The notes under the pieces were generated by a model. It searched no databases. It was given only the letters and a program-made list of their open reading frames with translations, and was not told the DNA's origin. Below are positions 41,343 to 52,027 of a stretch of DNA of 64,000 nt, in pieces (the stretch's first letter is position 1; each line of letters begins with the position of its first letter). Location of the stretch: contig CASFJL010000001.1 in assembly GCA_949295005.1 (NCBI GenBank), positions 4,806 through 68,805 of the forward strand, given 5' to 3'. The translations under genes were made by a program, and so were the position numbers. Origin of the DNA: an uncultured Pseudomonadota bacterium (GTDB lineage Bacteria; Pseudomonadota; Alphaproteobacteria; RF32; CAG-239).

Positions 41343-42146
41343 ATTAAGCTGTATAAACTCAGGGCGATAAACACAAGATTTTATAAAAAATCTAACAATG
41401 TCAAAAAGAACAAACATTAAATAAAAATTACACATAAAATTCAAAACACTAGAATTTATGATTTTGTAAAAATCATGTTTTTCTTGAGACAGAATGATTT
41501 TATATTTCAAGGCTTGTGCTTCAACCAAAGTATAAGCTGCTCCCAATAGTGCAAGTAAGCAAAAAGCAATAAATGTGACAATTGTATTTTCAAGGACATA
41601 TGCTCCAAACAGAAACAAAACCAAAAACAAAATAGCTGCCAACAATATATGTTGTCTCAATCGTTGTATGTTTTTTTTCATGGTCAAACCGCAAATATAA
41701 CAAACGGTGAATATAATCCAAGATAATAACAAATGTAAAAAGACAAATTTATTACCAAAATTCAAAATAAAAAAATGAATTGGAACAAACATGAACACAT
41801 TTATCAAATGAGGCAAATTAAGGCTTGAAAGTTTTTTCCCATCCTGAAAAATACTATAAAATATAGTAAGCAATACGGGACAAAGATAAAAGAATAAAGC
41901 CAGTTCTGAATGAACTATCTTGTTGTTTGATGAAAAGTTGTGAAAAGCACGCCCTATTTCATCAACATAAGTTACAATCAAAGCCAAGACAACGCTCAAC
42001 AGAACCATTTGCAACACAATGAAATACACTTTAAGACAAATTTTTCTTAAATTTGAATTAAAAAAAACACTAAGTTTCATAAATATAAAATAATTAATAA
42101 TTTTTAATATAGACAAAATAATTATCACAATGAAATAAAAAAGCAA
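41322..42146 (-). CDS. Polytopic membrane protein, hypothetical; very AT-rich.
   Basis: About 7 predicted TM helices. Phe/Ile/Leu-rich with visibly low GC. Confidence 0.55.
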   Translation of the reverse strand: MLFYFIVIIILSILKIINYFIFMKLSVFFNSNLRKICLKVYFIVLQMVLLSVVLALIVTYVDEIGRAFHNFSSNNKIVHSELALFFYLCPVLLTIFYSIFQDGKKLSSLNLPHLINVFMFVPIHFFILNFGNKFVFLHLLLSWIIFTVCYICGLTMKKNIQRLRQHILLAAILFLVLFLFGAYVLENTIVTFIAFCLLALLGAAYTLVEAQALKYKIILSQEKHDFYKIINSSVLNFMCNFYLMFVLFDIVRFFIKSCVYRPEFIQLNKQNTSE

Positions 42147-42163
42147 TAAAAAAAGCTACTTCT

Positions 42164-42889
42164 TTATGAAGCAGCTTTTTGAAATGTTTTTATGGACGGA
42201 GCAATAGAAATCATTTTTGCTACCAAACGAACAGCTTCCGCATAGCAAATCATTCCGATGATATTGATAGAAATATCAAAACACCAATCATCCGTCATCT
42301 TTTTTATTTCATCTTGAGTTAGCCCGTACTGCAAATCTTTATCCATTTGTTTGATCTCCAAAGCATTAAACATCATAAAGCTAAAACAAAAGGCAAAGGA
42401 GATAAATCGACAAGAGAAATTCCCATTAAATGAGTTGATAAAATCAAGAATTATCGCCAATATTACCAACACCCCGATGGCAAGAAGTATCCTTTCATTA
42501 GATAACTTAAGCGGTAGATAATTAAGGAACGGAGACATGAAAAATAAAACCAAAGCCAGAGCAAATAAAATTCCAAATTTAGGCAAACCAAGAGCAATCA
42601 TTATCCAAAACAAAATGATGCTTGTTGCAGCCATATAAAATGCGCGATAAAGGAAAAGATTTTTCTTTTTTAGTTTATCTTTATATTTGACAACGGCAAA
42701 CAAGCTAAAAGAAGTCAATAAAGATACCAAAGCATTAAAAGGTGAGACCTTTAACGTATCGAGCAATAAAAAATATCCCAATCCGGCAACCAACAGAGAT
42801 GGAAGTGTCCATTTCCAAGATTTTATAAATGTCCGTAACAAAATTTTTTTTCTGCCAAATGCAGACAAGCAAAAATAATAATTTTCCAT
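42164..42889 (-). CDS. Polytopic membrane protein, hypothetical; very AT-rich.
   Basis: About 6 TM helices, and a terminator hairpin downstream at about 42150-42180. Confidence 0.55.
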   Translation of the reverse strand: MENYYFCLSAFGRKKILLRTFIKSWKWTLPSLLVAGLGYFLLLDTLKVSPFNALVSLLTSFSLFAVVKYKDKLKKKNLFLYRAFYMAATSIILFWIMIALGLPKFGILFALALVLFFMSPFLNYLPLKLSNERILLAIGVLVILAIILDFINSFNGNFSCRFISFAFCFSFMMFNALEIKQMDKDLQYGLTQDEIKKMTDDWCFDISINIIGMICYAEAVRLVAKMISIAPSIKTFQKAAS

Positions 42890-42952
42890 AAGCTTAAAAT
42901 TTAATGATAAATATTTCTACAAAAATATATGCAATCATTAAGTAAAAAGCAA

Positions 42953-42990
42953 TAAAAAAAGCAGGGAGAAAATTCTGCCCTGCTTTTTTA
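42953..42990 (-). terminator. Rho-independent terminator of eno.
   Basis: Minus strand: aaaaaagcagggcagaattttctccctgcttttttt. Confidence 0.55.
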
Positions 42991-43012
42991 GGAGTTGAAA
43001 TTTCAGATAAAA

Positions 43013-44299
<1,287 letters not shown>

Positions 44300-44459
44300 C
44301 TAATAAATTAAAAAATAGTTCTGGCTATAAAGTGGGGTATTTTAGTCCGAATGTCAAGAGTAAGCGCAAAAATTTCTGCTTTTTTCTTGACATATGTGCA
44401 AAAAAAAATACTCTGAAAACACAGATAAATTATTGTTTAACTATTAAAACATAAAGATT

Positions 44460-44840
44460 ATGGAAACAAAAGACAGTGCAAAATTAGAAAAGCTCGGACT
44501 GGTAATCATCCTTTGGGCTGTTTGTGTACAAAACTTTTTTGGCACTAATCCAGTTGTCCTATGGATTATCTTGCTTGTGGTATCAGCAATCATGTTTGGT
44601 CAAACCCTTCTTACTTATAGCAAAATCAAAAGAAAAGCAAAGGATGAAGGGTATCTTGTCGGTCAAGAAAAAAACATCATGCTTGAAGCCAGACGATACC
44701 TTCTTTTGTATTTGGGCTTAATCATCTATTCGGTTGCGTTTTTTCTGCCGGTTGATGCAGAAACAAAAGATACCATAACCAAAGTCGGTGCCTCAATCGG
44801 ATTTTTGGCGGTGTGCTGGACAGTGGTTTCAAAATCATAG
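44460..44840 (+). CDS. Small membrane protein, hypothetical.
   Basis: 3-4 TM helices, with a terminator hairpin at about 44845-44885. Confidence 0.5.
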   Translation: METKDSAKLEKLGLVIILWAVCVQNFFGTNPVVLWIILLVVSAIMFGQTLLTYSKIKRKAKDEGYLVGQEKNIMLEARRYLLLYLGLIIYSVAFFLPVDAETKDTITKVGASIGFLAVCWTVVSKS

Positions 44841-44956
44841 TAAAAAAGCCTTGAAGATAACAAAATCTTCGAGGCTTTTGTGTTATAACAAAAGAAAAAA
44901 TCTTGTATATAAAAATAATCTTATTACAATTGAAAAAAATGAAGGAGATACAAAAG

Positions 44957-45421
44957 ATGTTTTCAGAAAAATGGCATAGAAGATTTATGGAAGTTGCTTT
45001 TTTGGTAGCTTCATGGTCAAAAGATACATCGACCAAAACCGGTGCTGTTGTTGTTGGACCGGACAGAGAAATCAGAGCCACCGGATATAATGGTTTGGTC
45101 AGAGGTGTTGATGATGAAAAGCCGGAGCGTATGGAACGCCCCACCAAATATGACTTTTTTGAACATGCGGAAAGAAATGCCATCTATAATGCTTGCTTAA
45201 CCGGAACATCTTTAAAAGGTTGCGTTTTATATGCCACGCACACACCTTGCACCGATTGCGCCAGAGCCATTATTCAATCCGGAATAAAAATGGTTGTCAC
45301 CAATCCGTTAGAGAAAAGAGATGATATAAAAGACAAAACCTGGCGCGATAAGTTGGAATACTCACGCCAGATGTTTGAAGAAGCCGGTGTTGAATATATT
45401 GAGTTAGAACCTTTAAAATAA
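44957..45421 (+). CDS. dCMP/cytidine-deaminase-family zinc deaminase (ComEB/dCMP deaminase-like).
   Basis: HAERNAI ... PCTDCARAI zinc-binding motifs. The start is at MFSEKWH (SD gaaggag) rather than the extended ORF-track start. Confidence 0.75.
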   Translation: MFSEKWHRRFMEVAFLVASWSKDTSTKTGAVVVGPDREIRATGYNGLVRGVDDEKPERMERPTKYDFFEHAERNAIYNACLTGTSLKGCVLYATHTPCTDCARAIIQSGIKMVVTNPLEKRDDIKDKTWRDKLEYSRQMFEEAGVEYIELEPLK

Positions 45422-45462
45422 AAAAGCAAAGATTATATATTCTCAAAAAACAGAGGAAAAAA

Positions 45463-46083
45463 ATGAAGATTTTAATTGCTGATGATCATATGCTTTTTAA
45501 AGATGGTTTGGAACTAAATATAACCCAACAATTTCCAACTGCAAAAATATTTTTTTCAAAAGATTATGCCTCAACGCTGGAACAAATCAGACAAAACAAA
45601 GAGATAGAGCTTGTTTTGTTAGATTTGGATATGCCGGATATGCGTTGGGAGAAAGGCTTGCAGAATATCAAAGCAGAAGCTCCGCAAATAAAAATTTTGG
45701 TTTTATCTGCCATTGAAGACACACGTGTCATAAAAAAAGCAATGTCAATGGGCATAAACGGATATATCAGCAAAAGATCAGATACCAAACTTTTGTTGGC
45801 AACCATAAAATTTATTTTGGACGGCGGAATATATTTGCCTGAGATTTTATTGAAAAAAAATTCTTCTTCTCATGAAAAAGAAGAAAATAAACACATTTTA
45901 ACCAAACGTCAAAAACAAGTTTTGGATTACATTGCACAGGGTTTGTCTAATAAGCAAATTGCGTTTGAAATGCATATAACCGAGGCAACGGTAAAGTTGC
46001 ACATCAACGCTTTGTTAAAAACGCTAAAAGCCACAAACAGAACTCAAGCTGTGATAAAGGCTCAGGAAGAAAAATTAATTTAA
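45463..46083 (+). CDS. NarL/FixJ-family response regulator (REC plus LuxR-type HTH).
   Basis: MKILIADDH...LLDLDMPD receiver domain with a C-terminal LTKRQKQVLDYIAQGLSNKQIAFEMHITEATVKLH HTH. Confidence 0.8.
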   Translation: MKILIADDHMLFKDGLELNITQQFPTAKIFFSKDYASTLEQIRQNKEIELVLLDLDMPDMRWEKGLQNIKAEAPQIKILVLSAIEDTRVIKKAMSMGINGYISKRSDTKLLLATIKFILDGGIYLPEILLKKNSSSHEKEENKHILTKRQKQVLDYIAQGLSNKQIAFEMHITEATVKLHINALLKTLKATNRTQAVIKAQEEKLI

Positions 46084-47873
46084 TCTTCAGTAGATATTAA
46101 ATCCATTGTTTCTTGAATGGTTTTTGCATCATATTTCAAAGGTGTGTTAAACACTTCACCTGTCTGAATTTTTGCTTTGATAGCATCAGGATTGAGCTTA
46201 TTTTCTTCATCTTTCATAATCAAAGCGTGATTCCATTGAAAACGCGCTTCGTTTTTACGTCCGTTCATCCAATAAGCATCACCCAAGTGGTCAGAAATAA
46301 TGGGGTTTGAAGCCTCAGCTTCAGTAGCTTTTTCCAAATAAAATACGGCATAATCATATTTTCCGAGTCGATAAAAAGCCCATCCTAAACTATCGGCAAT
46401 ATTTCCGTCTTGCGGAGCTTGATTATAAGCGTCTACCAACATAGAAAAAGCTTGTTCGGTATTCACCCCACGCGTAATCCAACTATATCCCAAATAATTG
46501 AGTACGGCATAATGTCTTTGGCTTAAAACAAGAGCTGTTTGAAAATCTTGTTCAGCCAAGTCCCATTGATTATTCTGTTCATAAGAAATACCTCTGGCAT
46601 AATAAAGAACCCACTTACCTTGATTTTTGTTACTGGTAGCTTCAATAGCTTTGGTATAATAAACAATAGCTTCTTTTGGGTTTCCGTTTAATCTGAGAAC
46701 ATCTCCCAAATCTAAAAAGAGTTGAGGGTTATTGCTTTCAAGCGCAAGAGATTTCATTAATAATTCTGCGCCTTCATAATCATTCATTTGCACAAGATTA
46801 TTTGCTTTGCGTAGTTGAGCCGTGTAATATGATTCTTTGTTTTTATCAATAGCATCATATTGAGCGTTTGCCTCAACAAACATCTCTCGACTTTCAAGAA
46901 TATCTGCAAGCAAAAGTCTGGCCAAATCATAATCCGGATTTTCAAAAACAGCCAAGCTGATAAACATATGAGCCAAATCTATGCCCGATTCTCCTTGCCT
47001 TAGAGTTGCAGCAATGCTAAAAAAGGCCTCAGCCACACCAATTTGCGGAGAAGAAATGAGTTTTTCTGCCGTATTGGAAGTTTGAAAAGCAACACTATTT
47101 AGCAGGCGTTTCATCATATCAGCCAAAGCTCGGTCGTCAGAATATTTTTTAACCAAACCAACAGCCTTTGTCTTTTGATTATTTCTGACATAAAAATTGC
47201 TTATAAGCTGCAAGCCACGGAAAGACATTTCAAGTTTTTCTTCATTAACAATGACTTCATAATTTTTCAATGCATTTTTATCATCACCAAAATAATCATA
47301 AATCATACCTGCTTGAAAATGATACATGGCTTTAAGAGAAGGTTCTTTTTTAATAATATCAAGTGCTTCAATAGCTTTTTCTTTATGATTTTCTCCGGCA
47401 TACGTCCATGCAAGGACCAAAGGAGAGATAAAATTTTTATAAATCACGCCGTTTGTTTTTTGCACGGATTTTTGAGCCAAGTCATATTGCGCATTTTTAA
47501 TTTGATTTGCAGCAATGATGATATATGCAAAATTATTTTTATCACCAAGTTCAATAGCTTTTTGAGCATAAACAGCAGCTTCACTGACGCGTCCTTGAGA
47601 AGTTAAAATTAAATAAATGCTATTTAAGAGCTCAATATTATTAGGATCTTTATTGAGAGCTTGAATATAATAGTCAGCGGCATTATTAAAATCACTTCTT
47701 AAATGAGCAACGCGACCTGCAATATAAGCTCCGTAGCTGTGAGGCTGGTTTGAGGTAGAAGACAACTCTTTTTGTGTTGCCATGAAAACATCGTTCTTGT
47801 GATTAACACAAGAATTAAAAAGACAAAGACCAACACTAAGCATTAAAACGTATTTAAATCTAGACATTTTCAT
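46080..47873 (-). CDS. TPR-repeat lipoprotein.
   Basis: Signal peptide with lipobox LFNSC, then repeated TPR consensus (W-LG-Y...A...F...A...P). Confidence 0.7.
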   Translation of the reverse strand: MKMSRFKYVLMLSVGLCLFNSCVNHKNDVFMATQKELSSTSNQPHSYGAYIAGRVAHLRSDFNNAADYYIQALNKDPNNIELLNSIYLILTSQGRVSEAAVYAQKAIELGDKNNFAYIIIAANQIKNAQYDLAQKSVQKTNGVIYKNFISPLVLAWTYAGENHKEKAIEALDIIKKEPSLKAMYHFQAGMIYDYFGDDKNALKNYEVIVNEEKLEMSFRGLQLISNFYVRNNQKTKAVGLVKKYSDDRALADMMKRLLNSVAFQTSNTAEKLISSPQIGVAEAFFSIAATLRQGESGIDLAHMFISLAVFENPDYDLARLLLADILESREMFVEANAQYDAIDKNKESYYTAQLRKANNLVQMNDYEGAELLMKSLALESNNPQLFLDLGDVLRLNGNPKEAIVYYTKAIEATSNKNQGKWVLYYARGISYEQNNQWDLAEQDFQTALVLSQRHYAVLNYLGYSWITRGVNTEQAFSMLVDAYNQAPQDGNIADSLGWAFYRLGKYDYAVFYLEKATEAEASNPIISDHLGDAYWMNGRKNEARFQWNHALIMKDEENKLNPDAIKAKIQTGEVFNTPLKYDAKTIQETMDLISTED

Positions 47874-48029
47874 TTCTACCCAAAAAAATTAAAGATAGTT
47901 TATAATTTTTTTTATTTGTATTCAACAATATTTTATAATATATCACAGTTAAAGATTAATAAAATTATTGAAAAAAGATTTATCTTATCTAAAATAAGCA
48001 ACGGTAAAATTAATCAAGAAAATAAAAAA

Positions 48030-48830
48030 ATGCAAAATACTGAAATACAACAATTGTTAGAATGGTATATCACCGCCGGAGTTGAGGAAATTGTCGGCGA
48101 TTCTCCTTTTGCATTTATGAAAGAAGAAAAGCAAGTTTTACCAATAGCGCAAATAAGATTAGCAAAAGCAGAGCCTATAGTAAATGAAAACAGGCAAGCC
48201 ACCACCGTATTGGCACAAGCCATGCAAAACGCATGTCAATCAGCCAGAGAAATATGTGCGCAAGCGCAATCGCTTAGTGAATTGAAAGAAAAATTATCTC
48301 AATTTGACGGATGCTCACTCAAATTAACGGCAACCAATATGGTTTTTGGAGAGGGTAATGAACATGCAAAAATCATGTTTATAGGAGAGGCACCCGGAGC
48401 AGATGAAGATAGAATAGGGCGTCCGTTTGTTGGAAAGTCAGGTCAGCTTTTAGATAAAATGATTGAAGCCATGGGCTTAAAGCGAGAAGATTGTTATATC
48501 ACCAATGTTTTATCATGGCGTCCTCCAGGAAACAGAACGCCGACAGATGGAGAAGTTGCGGTTTGTTTGCCTTTTTTAAAAAGACAAATAGAGTTGATAT
48601 CACCCGAATATATATTTTTATTGGGGGCAAGTGCGGCCAATGCGTTGCTCAATATTCCGGATTCAATCTCAAAATTAAGAGGACATTGGTTGGAATATGA
48701 AACAGAAAGCAAACAAAAAATAAAAACTCTGGCAAGCTTTCATCCGGCATATTTATTAAGAAACACGGGACAAAAGGCAAAGGCTTGGTCAGATATGTTA
48801 AGGCTTAAAAGCAAAATGGAAGAAAAATAA
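48030..48830 (+). CDS. Family-4-type uracil-DNA glycosylase with an N-terminal extension.
   Basis: [26 protein letters not shown] and [10 protein letters not shown] motifs. The start is placed at MQNTEIQ. Confidence 0.75.
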   Translation: MQNTEIQQLLEWYITAGVEEIVGDSPFAFMKEEKQVLPIAQIRLAKAEPIVNENRQATTVLAQAMQNACQSAREICAQAQSLSELKEKLSQFDGCSLKLTATNMVFGEGNEHAKIMFIGEAPGADEDRIGRPFVGKSGQLLDKMIEAMGLKREDCYITNVLSWRPPGNRTPTDGEVAVCLPFLKRQIELISPEYIFLLGASAANALLNIPDSISKLRGHWLEYETESKQKIKTLASFHPAYLLRNTGQKAKAWSDMLRLKSKMEEK

Positions 48831-48933
48831 ACTTTTGAGCAGAAATTTTGTTGTTATTATTTATAAATTTTGTTGGTAAATAAAATTATAGCGTATATGA
48901 TGAAGAAAAATAAACTTTTTTAAGGATAAAGAA

Positions 48934-49620
48934 ATGAAAAAAAGCTTTTGTTTGGGTTTGTTAGGTTTGGTAATGCTTCCTTCAATGGCATTGGCACAGT
49001 ATAATAAACAAGAAGTAATATACAAAATTCATGATATTTCTCCGGTCAAAGAAGACGGAAAAGTTGTTTCTTGTGATTATAGTATAACCTTTTATAATCG
49101 TTCTTCTACCATGCTTTCAAATTTATCAATTGAATTACAATGGTTGGATGAAGTTATAGATACTCAAATTAAAAAAGAAAAACAAGAAAAATATGTTGAT
49201 AAAAAGACCAAAATATCCGGCTATACGGGAAAATCTAAAACAGAGGAATATACAACAAAATCTATCATAAGCAGTTTTGCTGTTCCACCGCTTGCACCTT
49301 CAAAACAAATTAGCTTGAAGAGAAATATTCAAACTGATAGATGCTTTTTGTTGATGCAAAAGCCAACATTAAAAGTCACTTCATGTTTGTATAGCGGTCA
49401 AAAAAGTGAAAATTCGGCCGGAGTATGTCAAGATATGATGAGATTAATCACCCCTGCAGATGGTGATTATTTTACGGAATTTAAGCCTATTTCATATGAT
49501 ATAGAAAAAAAGCAAATAGAAGAAGAAAATGCTAAAGAGAAAAAAGAAATGGATAAAATTTATAATGATGCTTTGAATTCTATTAATGCAGTGACAGAAG
49601 CATTAAGAAATATGAAATAA
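48934..49620 (+). CDS. Secreted protein, hypothetical (paralogue A).
   Basis: Signal peptide MKKSFCLGLLGLVMLPSMALAQ. Shares a Cys-containing module with the next gene. Confidence 0.6.
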   Translation: MKKSFCLGLLGLVMLPSMALAQYNKQEVIYKIHDISPVKEDGKVVSCDYSITFYNRSSTMLSNLSIELQWLDEVIDTQIKKEKQEKYVDKKTKISGYTGKSKTEEYTTKSIISSFAVPPLAPSKQISLKRNIQTDRCFLLMQKPTLKVTSCLYSGQKSENSAGVCQDMMRLITPADGDYFTEFKPISYDIEKKQIEEENAKEKKEMDKIYNDALNSINAVTEALRNMK

Positions 49621-49629
49621 GGAAGATAA

Positions 49630-50310
49630 ATGAGAGCTCTTTTTTCAATTTTATTGGGACTATTTGTTTTTTTTGCTCCTGTTCAGGCTCAGATGTTAGA
49701 TTTTGACAGAACAGAAGATAGAAACAGTATTGAAGAAGATAAAATTTTATCAACAGAGCAACCTCAAAGCAAAAAGATATCCACGCCTAAAGTTGACACA
49801 AATTTAAATATTACGGAAGAAGAAAAAAAAGAGGTTTTGGATAGATTGGAAAAAGCCAATTTCAGATATTCTGACGGTGCTTTGAAATATAATCCGGTCT
49901 TTGATATTCCCCCAACTGAAGATGGCTCAGAGAGGGGAACAACAAGCTTTGTTTCAGCTGATATGGAAAGTGATGATGCTTTTATTTTTATGTATATCAA
50001 CGCCATCAGAATGGGACGTTCTACAACTTTGGGAACAACGTGTCAGGTTCGTTTTATTTTGGCAAACGGCTTAAACAAAAAAGTTTCAAATGTGAGTGTG
50101 AAATTAGTTTGGCCTAAAAATGGCATGGCAAATTTGAGCTTTAATGATATTAATCCAAGTTCAGAAATATATCTTGACTATTTGTTAATGGGACCAAGTT
50201 GTTACCAATTAGATAAAATTCCCAATATAGTGGTCAATCGTTGCCGTGTTAAAGGAATGTCTCAGGCAGCATGTGCAGATAAAATACGTTGGTTGTCCAA
50301 GACAAAATAA
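49630..50310 (+). CDS. Secreted protein, hypothetical (paralogue B).
   Basis: Signal peptide MRALFSILLGLFVFFAPVQAQ. CQVRFILANG..VSNVSVKLVW matches CDYSITFYNRS..LSNLSIELQW in paralogue A. Confidence 0.6.
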   Translation: MRALFSILLGLFVFFAPVQAQMLDFDRTEDRNSIEEDKILSTEQPQSKKISTPKVDTNLNITEEEKKEVLDRLEKANFRYSDGALKYNPVFDIPPTEDGSERGTTSFVSADMESDDAFIFMYINAIRMGRSTTLGTTCQVRFILANGLNKKVSNVSVKLVWPKNGMANLSFNDINPSSEIYLDYLLMGPSCYQLDKIPNIVVNRCRVKGMSQAACADKIRWLSKTK

Positions 50311-50311
50311 A

Positions 50312-52027
50312 ATGAAAAAAAACTTTATAAATTTATGTTTAGCTTTAGTTTTTTTGACCTTAAATGATGCTTATGCTTTAAGGACGGATGTCATTACATC
50401 TAAAATTGCAAAAACAATATATGAACAAAATGATTTAAGCAGCAAAGACATAAAAATATATCAAAATATTTTTCAAAATATCAAACAAGAAAAAATACAA
50501 AATATAGATTCAAAAATTGAAAATTTAAGCAGCAAAAGTTTATTAGGTCATGTATTGGCACAAAAATACCTCTCAAAAACCTATAAAACATCAGCGGAAG
50601 AATTAAATAATTGGTTGTTAAATTATCCGGATTATCCGCAAGCAGGCAAAATAAAAAGATTATATTATCAAAAAGCCAAAAAAACACCGCCCACATTGAA
50701 ATATCATCATGCAATGCCAAATACAAATTTAGAAAAAATGAGCTTGGCAGATAAAAAATTTGTATTGAACTCGTATAGTCAATTTAGACGAGCAATCAAT
50801 AAAGGAAAGACAAAGCAAGCTAAAACAATTTTGCAAAATAAGCGATTTAAAATTTTGGTAAAAAATAAAGATTTGGATTCTCTTGGAACCACACTGGCCA
50901 TGAAATATTTAACCGACGGCTATATTACTCTGGCGCTGGAGTGGTCGGAAAAATCCTACAAGCGCTCAAAACAAGCAACCTCTGCATGGATAGCAGGGCT
51001 TGCCTCATGGCAACTGAAAAAATATAAAAATTCGGCAAAATATTTTTCTGAGATATTAAAAACAAATACAACCGACGAGTGGATGCTTTCTGCCGGTGCA
51101 TATTGGGCGTATCGAGCATATGATAAATTGGCTAACAAAAATAAAGCATATCAAATGCTGCAAACAGCTTCAAAATATAATAAAACTTTTTATGGAATAT
51201 TAGCTTCTTATCGATTAAACAAGGCATTGGATTATAATTGGCAAGTATCTTCTTTTGAAAATGATTTTTCTAAACAAGAATATGTTGAAATAATAAAAAA
51301 CTCTCCAATCATGTCTCGGGTAGTTTTATTAATAGCGGTAAAACAAAAAGATTTGGCTGAGCAAGAATTATTGCATTCTTATAAAAAAATGAATAAGCAG
51401 CAACAAGAAATAATCCTCTTTATGGCATATCAATATAAAATGCATAAAGTGGCAATGCAAGTTGCAAAAAATTTAGAAAAACAAAATAGTCAAATTGCAT
51501 ATGATTGGTTGGCTTATCCAGAGCCAAAGTTCAAACCTCAAGGCGGGTGGAATATAAATAAAAATCTTGGCTTGGCGTTTATCAGACAAGAGTCATCTTT
51601 TGACAGCAAAGCAAAAAGTCATGCCGGAGCCAGAGGTCTGATGCAGCTTTTGCCTTCTACGGCATATCAAATGAGCAAAGATAAGCGAATTAAAAGAAAT
51701 AAAGATATTTTATATAATTCTTCATACAATTTAAAATGGGGACAAGAATATATCAGATATTTGTTAGATAAAGATTATATTAAAGGCAATTTATTTTATT
51801 TAATGGTTGCTTACAATGCCGGTCCCGGCAATTTATTAAAATGGGAAAAAAAGATAAAATATCAAAATGATCCTTTGCTTTTTATTGAACTTTTGCCAGC
51901 TAAAGAAACCAGAATTTATGTTGAAAGGGTTATGGCTAATTATTGGATTTATCAAGCCAAAAATCATCAGAATTTAGTAGGAATCAACAATCTGCTAAAA
52001 GGGCGGTGGCCATATATTAAAGATTAG
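50312..52027 (+). CDS. Soluble lytic murein transglycosylase (Slt family).
   Basis: Signal peptide, a superhelical N-terminal domain, and the catalytic motif ESSFDSKAKSHAGARGLMQLLPSTA. The start is set at the signal-peptide Met. Confidence 0.8.
   Translation: MKKNFINLCLALVFLTLNDAYALRTDVITSKIAKTIYEQNDLSSKDIKIYQNIFQNIKQEKIQNIDSKIENLSSKSLLGHVLAQKYLSKTYKTSAEELNNWLLNYPDYPQAGKIKRLYYQKAKKTPPTLKYHHAMPNTNLEKMSLADKKFVLNSYSQFRRAINKGKTKQAKTILQNKRFKILVKNKDLDSLGTTLAMKYLTDGYITLALEWSEKSYKRSKQATSAWIAGLASWQLKKYKNSAKYFSEILKTNTTDEWMLSAGAYWAYRAYDKLANKNKAYQMLQTASKYNKTFYGILASYRLNKALDYNWQVSSFENDFSKQEYVEIIKNSPIMSRVVLLIAVKQKDLAEQELLHSYKKMNKQQQEIILFMAYQYKMHKVAMQVAKNLEKQNSQIAYDWLAYPEPKFKPQGGWNINKNLGLAFIRQESSFDSKAKSHAGARGLMQLLPSTAYQMSKDKRIKRNKDILYNSSYNLKWGQEYIRYLLDKDYIKGNLFYLMVAYNAGPGNLLKWEKKIKYQNDPLLFIELLPAKETRIYVERVMANYWIYQAKNHQNLVGINNLLKGRWPYIKD

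Noticed and set aside
44903-44956. 18-codon 5' extension of the dCMP deaminase ORF.
   Set aside because: The downstream Met at 44957 has a clear SD (gaaggag) and yields a standard deaminase N-terminus. The extension has no RBS.
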